A DNA stretch of 35,201 nucleotides. Origin: Patescibacteria group bacterium (GTDB taxonomy: Bacteria > Patescibacteriota > Microgenomatia > Levybacterales > UBA12049). Position numbers and translations under genes: made by a program. The DNA lies in assembly GCA_023485715.1 (NCBI GenBank), contig JAMCZG010000025.1, positions 1 to 35,201 on the forward strand, given 5' to 3'. Below are positions 1-7,474 of this stretch, piece after piece (positions within the stretch are counted from its first letter, which is position 1; the number at the start of each line of letters is the position of its first letter). The notes under the pieces are model-generated. The model made no database searches and was not told where the DNA came from. It saw only the letters and a list, made by a program, of their open reading frames with translations.

Positions 1-109
1 TCAGAAACAAACCACGAATACAGAAACCGCGCAGGTAAAAATAGGCGGAGTTCCCTTTCAGTCGACTCAATCGACAACTTCGGTCGAAAATAACGTTGTT
101 GGCTCTTCG

Positions 110-2593
110 ATGGAACCGGTTAAAAGACAAGATGTTTCGGCACTGACACATTTGGATCCGCGGACGACAACGGTTTTAGAACACGCAAAACAGGAAACGA
201 TGAGGATAAAACAATCGTTTATCGAGCCGGATCAGCTTTTACTCGGCCTTTTGTTCGACGCGGACATTTTTAAACTGTTATCGCAATTTTCTTTAGACGC
301 AGCAAAAATTTCCCGTGAACTGCAGGGAAAAGAAAAAGAAGGGACATTTGTCGGCCAACCAACACTCAGTGATTCGTCTAAACAAATTTTTGAAGCTGCG
401 TATACAGGAGCTCAAGCCCGTGGAGTCGACTTTATAACACCAGAGGATTTGTTAATGGCGATTTTTTCGGCAAGCGTAGACACGGCAAATTATTTACAAT
501 CACAAGGGTTACAGAAAAAAGATCTCGAAGAAAAACTTTCGAAATCGAAGGAATTCTCTTCGGGAAAGAAATCCATACTTGATAAATATAGTACGGACTT
601 GACTGCTCAGGCAAAGGAAGGAGCGCTCGATGCGGTCGCTGGAAGAGACAGAGAGATCGAAAGACTGATACACATTTTACTTAGGAGAACAAAAAACAAT
701 CCCGTAATAATCGGGGAAGCAGGAGTAGGTAAAACTGCTATTGTGGAGGGTCTGGCACAAAAAATCGTAGACGGGACAGCGCCGAAAGACCTTTTAAATA
801 AAAGAATCATTATGCTAGATCTAACTTCTCTAGTCGCAGGTGCTTCTCATAGAGGAGAATTCGAAGAAAGACTTAGAGGAGTTATTCAGGAAGTTCAGGC
901 ATCAAGCGGTCAAATAATATTGTTTATCGACGAAATCCATACCTTAATCGGAGCCGGAGATATCGAGGGAGCACTGGATGCGTCGAATATTATAAAGCCG
1001 TTTTTGGCGCGCGGACAACTCCAGATAATCGGTACAACGACGACCGCAGAGTACAGAAGGTATTTTGAAAAAGACAAGGCTTTTGAGCGAAGGTTTCAGC
1101 CGGTTTTGGTCGATGAACCTGATGAAGAAAAGGCAATAGAGATGCTAAATGTTTTAAAACCTAAATACGAGACTTTTCATAAAGTAACAATTCTTCCCGA
1201 GGCGATCGAAGATGCGGTTCATTTATCAAAACGTTATATCGGGCAGCGTTATCTTCCGGATAAGGGGGTCGATTTAATCGATGAGGCAGCGGCAGAAGTA
1301 AGACTCGAACAGAACGAAGGGAAAAGACAGGATAACCAAGTTAAGTCAGAGGATATAGAAAAAGTCGTGAGTAGTTGGACCGGTATTCCGATTACAAAAT
1401 TAACGGAAGATGAAGGACAGAAGCTTTTACACCTCGAAGAATTAATGCATAAAAAACTTATAAACCAAGAAAACGCCGTTGCAGCAGTCGCAGAATCGGT
1501 TCGAAGGGGAAGAATAGGGCTTGCTAGTGCTAATAGGCCGATTGCCTCATTTGTTTTCCTGGGCCCGACCGGTGTTGGTAAAACAGAGCTTGCAAAAACA
1601 TTAGCCGAAATTCTTTTCGGTCGTTCTGATTTAACAATAAGGCTGGATATGAGCGAATATATGGAAAAACACGAAGTCGCAAAATTAATCGGCGCACCCC
1701 CTGGTTATGTTGGGTATGAAGAAGGCGGCCAACTAACAGAAGCGGTTAGGGCAAAGCCTTATTCAATAGTATTACTCGATGAGATCGAAAAAGCCCATCC
1801 TGATGTGTTTAATATTTTATTGCAGTTACTCGAGGACGGGAGATTAACCGATAATAAAGGAAACACGATTTCGTTTAAAAACACGATAATTATCGCGACT
1901 TCTAATATCGGAAGCGTTTTAATCCAACAACATCTTCTTGATCAAGCAAAAAATACTAAGCCGGTAGCTACTCAGCAGCAGGAAGTTAAACCGCCCGAAG
2001 ACGGTAAAAAAGACTACTCAGAATTATCAAAACTCTTAGTCGACGAACTTAGGAAATTCTTTAAACCTGAGCTTTTAAACCGCTTTGATGAAATCGTCGT
2101 TTTTGAGCCTTTATCCAGAGATAATATGTTAAAGATCGCAAAACTCAGAATAGAAGATACTAAAAAATTACTACTTGAGCAAAAATTCGATTTGGATATA
2201 ACAGAAAAGGCTTTGGCAAAACTTGCCGAAGAAGGTTACGATCCTTTGTATGGAGCAAGGCCATTGCGCCGTCTAATACAAACTTCGATCGAAAATCCGA
2301 TTGCAATACTTATAATCGACAAAACATTTATTGCTGGAGATAAAATTTTAATCGATTATGACGATACCAAAGAACAATTCGCGTTCACAAAAGTAGTGCA
2401 ACAACCCCAACAACCGGGTCAACCGGTTCAAGAACAGCCCTTACCTCAACCCCAGAAAGAAGAAGTTCAAAAAACTACAGACGGAATTGTTAATCAAGAT
2501 CAAAATATTCAAGAATCTCCGAAGCCTCCCGTTCAGCCAGTCCAGAATAGCGGTGGAACCCAGATGTCTCCGTCTGGTAACATAGGAGAGTAA
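110..2593 (+). CDS. Class I Clp/Hsp100 AAA+ unfoldase, ClpC-like, without M-domain or ClpP-docking loop
   Basis: 827-aa ORF with two Clp_N repeats. D1 has Walker A GEAGVGKTA and Walker B ILFIDEIHTL. D2 has Walker A GPTGVGKTE, Walker B VLLDEIEKAH and GARPLRR. D1 is very close to ClpC (RRTKNNPVIIGE, HRGEFEERL). The same frame stays open upstream to nt 2, so the start at ATG 110 is provisional. Confidence 0.9.
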   Translation: MEPVKRQDVSALTHLDPRTTTVLEHAKQETMRIKQSFIEPDQLLLGLLFDADIFKLLSQFSLDAAKISRELQGKEKEGTFVGQPTLSDSSKQIFEAAYTGAQARGVDFITPEDLLMAIFSASVDTANYLQSQGLQKKDLEEKLSKSKEFSSGKKSILDKYSTDLTAQAKEGALDAVAGRDREIERLIHILLRRTKNNPVIIGEAGVGKTAIVEGLAQKIVDGTAPKDLLNKRIIMLDLTSLVAGASHRGEFEERLRGVIQEVQASSGQIILFIDEIHTLIGAGDIEGALDASNIIKPFLARGQLQIIGTTTTAEYRRYFEKDKAFERRFQPVLVDEPDEEKAIEMLNVLKPKYETFHKVTILPEAIEDAVHLSKRYIGQRYLPDKGVDLIDEAAAEVRLEQNEGKRQDNQVKSEDIEKVVSSWTGIPITKLTEDEGQKLLHLEELMHKKLINQENAVAAVAESVRRGRIGLASANRPIASFVFLGPTGVGKTELAKTLAEILFGRSDLTIRLDMSEYMEKHEVAKLIGAPPGYVGYEEGGQLTEAVRAKPYSIVLLDEIEKAHPDVFNILLQLLEDGRLTDNKGNTISFKNTIIIATSNIGSVLIQQHLLDQAKNTKPVATQQQEVKPPEDGKKDYSELSKLLVDELRKFFKPELLNRFDEIVVFEPLSRDNMLKIAKLRIEDTKKLLLEQKFDLDITEKALAKLAEEGYDPLYGARPLRRLIQTSIENPIAILIIDKTFIAGDKILIDYDDTKEQFAFTKVVQQPQQPGQPVQEQPLPQPQKEEVQKTTDGIVNQDQNIQESPKPPVQPVQNSGGTQMSPSGNIGE

Positions 2594-4587
2594 TGGAAGA
2601 AAATTTAGCAGTACAGGAATCAGGCCTTTTCTTCGGGATTAAAAAAAAGTATTTAATTTTAATAGCTGCTTTTCTCTTGATTTTAATAAGCGTATTTGCC
2701 GGAAGTTTAATAGTTAAAAGTATAAAAGAGGAAAAGACGTCTGTACCCGGAATTTCTTCGCCCAAGACATGGGAGATTATCGTTTCTTTCGACACCGGTA
2801 GTCAAAAACTGACATTAAATAAAATCAGTGTTCTCGATCGGGAAATTGTCGCTGATTACACCGGTGCGAAACTTTCACCTTATGAACTTATGGCCGTTAA
2901 CGACAAGGGGGACATAGTTTATAAAACAAAAGTGAATATAACAGAGCAATTATTCTATGATATTTTAGATGTCGACTCAGATATTCCTTCCCCCCCAAAA
3001 AAATTAGATACAATATTATATATTCCATACCAAAAAACAGCTGTAAAAATTAGGATTACCAAAAATAGTGAAACAATTCTTGAGATAATGCTCCCGACTA
3101 AAACATCGTTTAAAATCATTCCGGGTGTTTTTGCAGCATCTTCGACTTGCAGAAAATTAACAACGGTCTTTTTAAGCGATGGGTATACGGACTTTAATCA
3201 ATATCGTTCCGATGTAAGACGATTAATCGACGCCTTCGAATCGATGCCCCCTTATTCTTCAAAGCCCGGTATTTTTGATTTTAAAATAATCGAAAACAGA
3301 GAATCTTTGGGTTGCTTAAACGGAATTTTTAGATGTATAACTAATCCGAAGATTCAGCAGATTAGCCGCGCATCTTACCCGAATGCGTCTAAATTTATTG
3401 TTGTGGTAAATAATCCTAACGCCGCCGCCGTTGACGGTAATGCATTAGGGGTGGCAAATAGTCCCGGAGGAGACACAGCTATTTTTACGAATAGAACAGA
3501 TCTTGACTCTCTTGTCCCCAACCTGTTTACAAAAGTCGCGGTTCACGAATTTTTAGGACATATAGTAGGTATTCTCTATGACAGGTATATTTATCCCTCT
3601 ACATCTCCCTTATCGAGTCTAACATATGCGCCGTTTGGGATTACTAACTGCACTACGTTAGATTCAGTTCCTGTGTTTTGGAATGTAACTCAAATTTACC
3701 AAGGTTGTACGTCAAGGAATCTTTATGCTCCGAGCCCTCTAACTTGTGCAGACGGTCCTGCAAATGGTACTCCAGAAAGCGTAATGAGCGCGGCAAAATG
3801 CGCAGGATATAATTTTGATAGGGTAGAACAAACATGGATAAGAGATTATGTTTTGACAGACTACGATGATCAATGTGGGGGTTCTCCTCCAGTAATTAGC
3901 GACATTCCGACACCGTCAGCGACAGAAACTCCTACACCAACGCCATCGCCTAGCCCGACTATAACACCTACTCCGACAGGAGCAGGGACAAGTCCAACGG
4001 GAGATCTCGCATGTACGGTTGTACACGAGGTAGAAACTTCTTCTACCTGTGATTACGATGAGGTTAATAAATATACAGATTGGTGTCGTACAGGCGAGTG
4101 GCATTGTGATTCAACAAAAGAAGTTGACGATAAGGGGTTACTTAAAAAATATACAGTTAATAGCTGGTGTGAGCCTAATACTAGATGTAGTACGAAACCG
4201 GAAGATGGTGGTCCGAAAGTTTGCGTAGAATGTGATGCTGGAGAAAATTTAATAAATTATATCGCAAGTGAAGAAGAAGCAAGTATCGGAAACGAAGCTG
4301 GTGTTTATTGCAGAAGATTTAAAGGCAATTGTGAATCGGATTGCAGCAAGTGTAAAACAGAAGACTTGTTAACTCATTGGGTGGAGAATAATTATGCTTA
4401 TAACTGCCATTCGTGTTCTTCTCCTGGTCCGGGACCTGACGGGGATCCAACAGGCACTCCTACAGATGTCACACCAACGGAAATTCCTTCTCCAACGCCG
4501 GTTTTATACAGTTGCGTATTTGATCCAAATTGTAAATCTGGAGGTAGCACGATGAGTATCTGTCAACTTATTTGCAGCGAAAAATAG
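2593..4587 (+). CDS. Exported or membrane-anchored peptidase-M64-like protein with variant HExxxH site, PT-rich linkers and Cys-rich C-terminal modules
   Basis: 664-aa ORF whose ATG overlaps the upstream stop (TAATG, 2591-2595), with GGAG 5 nt upstream. There is an N-terminal hydrophobic anchor (YLILIAAFLLILISVFAGSLIV). FLSDGYTDF ... VVVNNPN ... VAVHEFLGHIVGILYDRY resembles the M64 (IgA-peptidase) core as I remember it. PT linkers lie at about 3886-4005 and 4418-4500. The last ~190 residues contain 18 Cys. Confidence 0.6.
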   Translation: MEENLAVQESGLFFGIKKKYLILIAAFLLILISVFAGSLIVKSIKEEKTSVPGISSPKTWEIIVSFDTGSQKLTLNKISVLDREIVADYTGAKLSPYELMAVNDKGDIVYKTKVNITEQLFYDILDVDSDIPSPPKKLDTILYIPYQKTAVKIRITKNSETILEIMLPTKTSFKIIPGVFAASSTCRKLTTVFLSDGYTDFNQYRSDVRRLIDAFESMPPYSSKPGIFDFKIIENRESLGCLNGIFRCITNPKIQQISRASYPNASKFIVVVNNPNAAAVDGNALGVANSPGGDTAIFTNRTDLDSLVPNLFTKVAVHEFLGHIVGILYDRYIYPSTSPLSSLTYAPFGITNCTTLDSVPVFWNVTQIYQGCTSRNLYAPSPLTCADGPANGTPESVMSAAKCAGYNFDRVEQTWIRDYVLTDYDDQCGGSPPVISDIPTPSATETPTPTPSPSPTITPTPTGAGTSPTGDLACTVVHEVETSSTCDYDEVNKYTDWCRTGEWHCDSTKEVDDKGLLKKYTVNSWCEPNTRCSTKPEDGGPKVCVECDAGENLINYIASEEEASIGNEAGVYCRRFKGNCESDCSKCKTEDLLTHWVENNYAYNCHSCSSPGPGPDGDPTGTPTDVTPTEIPSPTPVLYSCVFDPNCKSGGSTMSICQLICSEK

Positions 4588-4661
4588 CAAGTCTCCATTT
4601 GTAATAAATAATTGTTTGCAATTTTACCCTAAAATTATCTACACTAAACTCAGGACTTTTT

Positions 4662-4991
4662 ATGAGTTATTATTTTCTGTTGCCGGTAACTTTTTTGAGA
4701 TTTTGGTTTATCGAAGCGCCGGTTTCTCTAATCGGTTTTTTTGGTTCTGTTAATTCTGCATTCGACCGATTATTTTCTTTAACACTTTTATTTAAAACTT
4801 TTTTTAAACCCTGGAAAAACGAGTATAGGCAAGGCTTGGTTGGATTTTCGATCGGGATGGGGATGCTTATTAAAAGTTGTGTGATTTTAGTCGATTTAAC
4901 GTTATTCTTTCTTTTGTTGTTCGGGGAATTAATCACGGTTTTACTATTTATTTTTTTGCCGATAGCGACGGTTTATTTTTTATTTTATTAA
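4662..4991 (+). CDS. Small polytopic membrane protein (about 3 TM segments), unknown function
   Basis: 109-aa ORF, strongly hydrophobic (FLLPVTFLRFWFIEAPVSLIGFF, LVGFSIGMGMLIKSCVILV, LTLFFLLLFGELITVLLFIFLPIATVYFLF). Its stop lies 1 nt before the next ATG. A weak AGGA lies 6 nt upstream. Confidence 0.6.
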   Translation: MSYYFLLPVTFLRFWFIEAPVSLIGFFGSVNSAFDRLFSLTLLFKTFFKPWKNEYRQGLVGFSIGMGMLIKSCVILVDLTLFFLLLFGELITVLLFIFLPIATVYFLFY

Positions 4992-4992
4992 T

Positions 4993-7392
4993 ATGATAGA
5001 AAACGCCCGATTTTATTATATTTATAGAACATTCCCACTTAGATTACTAAGAATTTTATCGTTTGTTCTATTAGTTTGGACAAGCTATATTGGGCTATCA
5101 AACAGTCTTTTTGGGTCGATTATTTGGCGATTGCCTATATTTTTGCTGTCGTTTTTTTTGATTTCTGAAATTTTCTTTAGATTCAAAATCGCAAAATATA
5201 AACCATCTACGCCAGTTTTAGAAAATAACGGGAAAAATCTATTGAAATCATTTACATTAGAAGCATTGGATGCTTTATATTCTTCTAGGAAAACAATTTT
5301 TGTAGTTAAAACCCTTCTTCATAAAAAACAAATTAGATTTATTTTACAGAAGTCAGATCTTAAAAAAAACGAGATTCCGTTAATCGAAGTTCCAAAGGAA
5401 GAACTCATAGAATCGGCTTTCGAGCTTGTAAGAAGTTTCAATGGAAAATTTGTTACGACGATGGATTTTTTTGTCGCCTACCTTTTAATAATAGAACCTC
5501 AGGCAAAAATCTTGTTCAGAAAAAATTTAAAAAAAGAGGAACTGCTTCATATTTTATTTTGGGCAAGGTATGATTTTTCTTTTGAGGAAGCACAAAAACC
5601 CTATAGAGTAAAATTTTGGGGGGAGGGAATCGGCGAAGATTGGATAACGGGATGGACTTTGGAAACAAAAAAATACACGATGGATATAACTCCCCAGATT
5701 CTTAAAAAAGAGATCGTTTTAGTCGGCCGCGAAAAAGAATTTAAACAAATGATGGAAGCCCTTTACAGAGGAGAAAAAAGTAATGTCTTACTTGTTGGTG
5801 AACCGGGAACCGGCAAGGCGACGTTGGTCGAAAAATTTGCCTTCGAAAGTATTGCCGGAAATTTACAAGGCAGGTTTACCCACCTTAAGTTTTACGAGCT
5901 TTTAGTCGGTCCGCTTTTAGCCGGAATCGAAAACCAAGGGGATTTAGAAGCTAGACTTCAGGCGATAATCGAGGAAATATCTCATTCGTTAAACATCGTA
6001 ATTTTTATTCCCGATATCCAAAATATTTTAGGCGCGTCAACTTTTAATTTAAATCTTTCGGGTGCTTTAATTCCGTACCTTAAAGACAGAAGGATTATTA
6101 TAATCGCGACTTCAGAACCTGCGGAATACAAAAAACATATCGAGCCAGAAATTGGGTTTATCGAATTTTTTGAAGTAATAAAAGTTGCTGAACCGGATTC
6201 AGAAAAAGCGCTGGAAATGCTTTTAGAAAAAGCAAATATTATCGAATATAATAATCATGTTTTACTGACTTACAGGGCAGTTACAGAGGCGATTAAATTT
6301 TCAAAAAAATATTCACAAAACTTGTATCTTCCGGGTGCTGCGGCGAGTCTTCTCGCAGATACGGCAAGTTCTGTCTACTTTTCGGGAAAAAAGGTTGTGA
6401 GGGACGAAGATGTTATAAGAAAAGTTGAGGAGAAAACAAATATTTCGGTTGCCGCACCCAAAAAAGAAGAAAAAGAGTTGTTACTTAATTTTGAACAAAA
6501 ACTTCACGAAAGAATTATTGACCAAGAAGAAGCTGTGTTTGCGATCGCGGAAGCCATAAGAAGAGTCCGGTCGGGGATGGTAAATCAAAACAGGCCGATT
6601 TCGTTTCTATTTTTAGGGCCAACCGGGGTCGGAAAAACCGAAACGTCAAAAGCTTTGGCGAGTTTGTATTTTGGGGGAGAGGAAAAGATGATAAGACTAG
6701 ATATGAGCGAATATCAGGGAGAGGACGGGGAAAGACGGTTGCTCGGCGCGCCGCCGGGGCAAGGACACGAAAAAGGCGAATTAACAGAAAAAATTTACGA
6801 CAATCCTTATTCACTAATCCTTTTAGATGAATTCGAAAAGGCAAACCCCAAAATTTTAGATCTTTTCTTGCAGGTTTTTGAAGACGGAAGATTAACAGAT
6901 AATAAAGGAAAAACGGTTTCGTTTGAAAACAGCATTATTATCGCAACCTCTAACGCCGGATCAGAATTTATCCGCGAGCAGATCGAAAACTTTGCCACTA
7001 CAGATAAAGATTTTCAAGCAAAACTTTTAGAATTATTACAAACGCAGGGAATTTTTAAGCCGGAACTTTTAAATAGATTTGATGCCATAGTTGTGTTTAA
7101 ACCTTTAGGAGAAAAAGAAGTTTTGCAAATTACAAAATTAATTCTTGATAGTGTTTCAAAAGAATTATTAAAACAGGATATTACGCTAAATTTTGATGAG
7201 ACCTTAGTTCAAAAAGTCGCACGGGAAGGATTCGATATTCAATTTGGTGCACGACCACTCCGACGCTTTGTTCAAAACAATATAGAAGACTTAATCGCAA
7301 AAAAAATTTTAACCGGCGAAATAAGCCGCGGAAGTAATATTTTACTTTCCGTCGATCAGGATAACAATATTAATATTTCTCCAATAGGATAA
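4993..7392 (+). CDS. Membrane-anchored Clp/Hsp100-family AAA+ protein with degenerate D1 ring and intact D2 ring
   Basis: 799-aa ORF with two N-terminal TM helices (about aa 17-63) followed by a Clp_N-like region. D1 Walker A is GEPGTGKAT (Ala after Lys, codon 5818-5820). The D1 Walker B position reads VIFIPDIQ (Pro-Asp at 6010-6015 instead of Asp-Glu). The D1 RRF arginine pair is replaced by IEFF. D2 is canonical (GPTGVGKTE, LILLDEFEKA, ATSNAG, GARPLRR). Confidence 0.85.
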   Translation: MIENARFYYIYRTFPLRLLRILSFVLLVWTSYIGLSNSLFGSIIWRLPIFLLSFFLISEIFFRFKIAKYKPSTPVLENNGKNLLKSFTLEALDALYSSRKTIFVVKTLLHKKQIRFILQKSDLKKNEIPLIEVPKEELIESAFELVRSFNGKFVTTMDFFVAYLLIIEPQAKILFRKNLKKEELLHILFWARYDFSFEEAQKPYRVKFWGEGIGEDWITGWTLETKKYTMDITPQILKKEIVLVGREKEFKQMMEALYRGEKSNVLLVGEPGTGKATLVEKFAFESIAGNLQGRFTHLKFYELLVGPLLAGIENQGDLEARLQAIIEEISHSLNIVIFIPDIQNILGASTFNLNLSGALIPYLKDRRIIIIATSEPAEYKKHIEPEIGFIEFFEVIKVAEPDSEKALEMLLEKANIIEYNNHVLLTYRAVTEAIKFSKKYSQNLYLPGAAASLLADTASSVYFSGKKVVRDEDVIRKVEEKTNISVAAPKKEEKELLLNFEQKLHERIIDQEEAVFAIAEAIRRVRSGMVNQNRPISFLFLGPTGVGKTETSKALASLYFGGEEKMIRLDMSEYQGEDGERRLLGAPPGQGHEKGELTEKIYDNPYSLILLDEFEKANPKILDLFLQVFEDGRLTDNKGKTVSFENSIIIATSNAGSEFIREQIENFATTDKDFQAKLLELLQTQGIFKPELLNRFDAIVVFKPLGEKEVLQITKLILDSVSKELLKQDITLNFDETLVQKVAREGFDIQFGARPLRRFVQNNIEDLIAKKILTGEISRGSNILLSVDQDNNINISPIG

Positions 7393-7438
7393 ATTACTAA
7401 TTTTAATAGGTTTTGCAACGTATTTTTCTTATTCAAGG

Positions 7439-7467
7439 TTGAAGCTGAGAGCGGAATCTGGTATAGT
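7439..7467 (+). promoter_or_regulatory. Sigma70-type promoter for nusA: TTGAAG-N17-TATAGT with TGn extension
   Basis: TTGAAG lies at 7439-7444, then a 17-nt spacer, then TGgTATAGT at 7459-7467. Only 7 nt separate the -10 box from ATG 7475, which implies a leaderless or near-leaderless mRNA. Confidence 0.45.
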
Positions 7468-7474
7468 ATACGGT

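Noticed and set aside
1-109. Possible 3' end of an upstream gene (frame 1 is open from nt 1 to TAA at 91-93), or an N-terminal extension of the ClpC-like ORF (its frame is open from nt 2).
   Set aside because: Both readings are compatible with the sequence, and the deciding information lies outside the window. The Clp_N domain begins soon after ATG 110, so I kept 110 as a provisional start and report no feature here.
3886-4500. PT-rich segments (3886-4005, 4418-4500) considered as DNA tandem repeats or contingency loci.
   Set aside because: At the nucleotide level the codons vary (aca/acg/act, cca/ccg/cct) and I see no exact repeat unit. These are peptide linkers, not repeat arrays.
4610-4623. 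AATTG-TTTG-CAATT hairpin after the M64-like gene. It could be an intrinsic terminator.
   Set aside because: The stem is only 5 bp, all but one pair is A/T, and there is no proper T-tract. Overall I found no convincing Rho-independent terminators in the window.
4948-4992. Poly-T runs near the end of the 109-aa ORF. A +1 frameshift here could fuse it to the membrane-anchored Hsp100 into one 5-TM protein.
   Set aside because: The Hsp100 frame has a TAG at 4963-4965, so a fusion would need a shift within about 24 nt. A clean stop-N1-ATG junction already explains the layout. No other evidence points to slippage.
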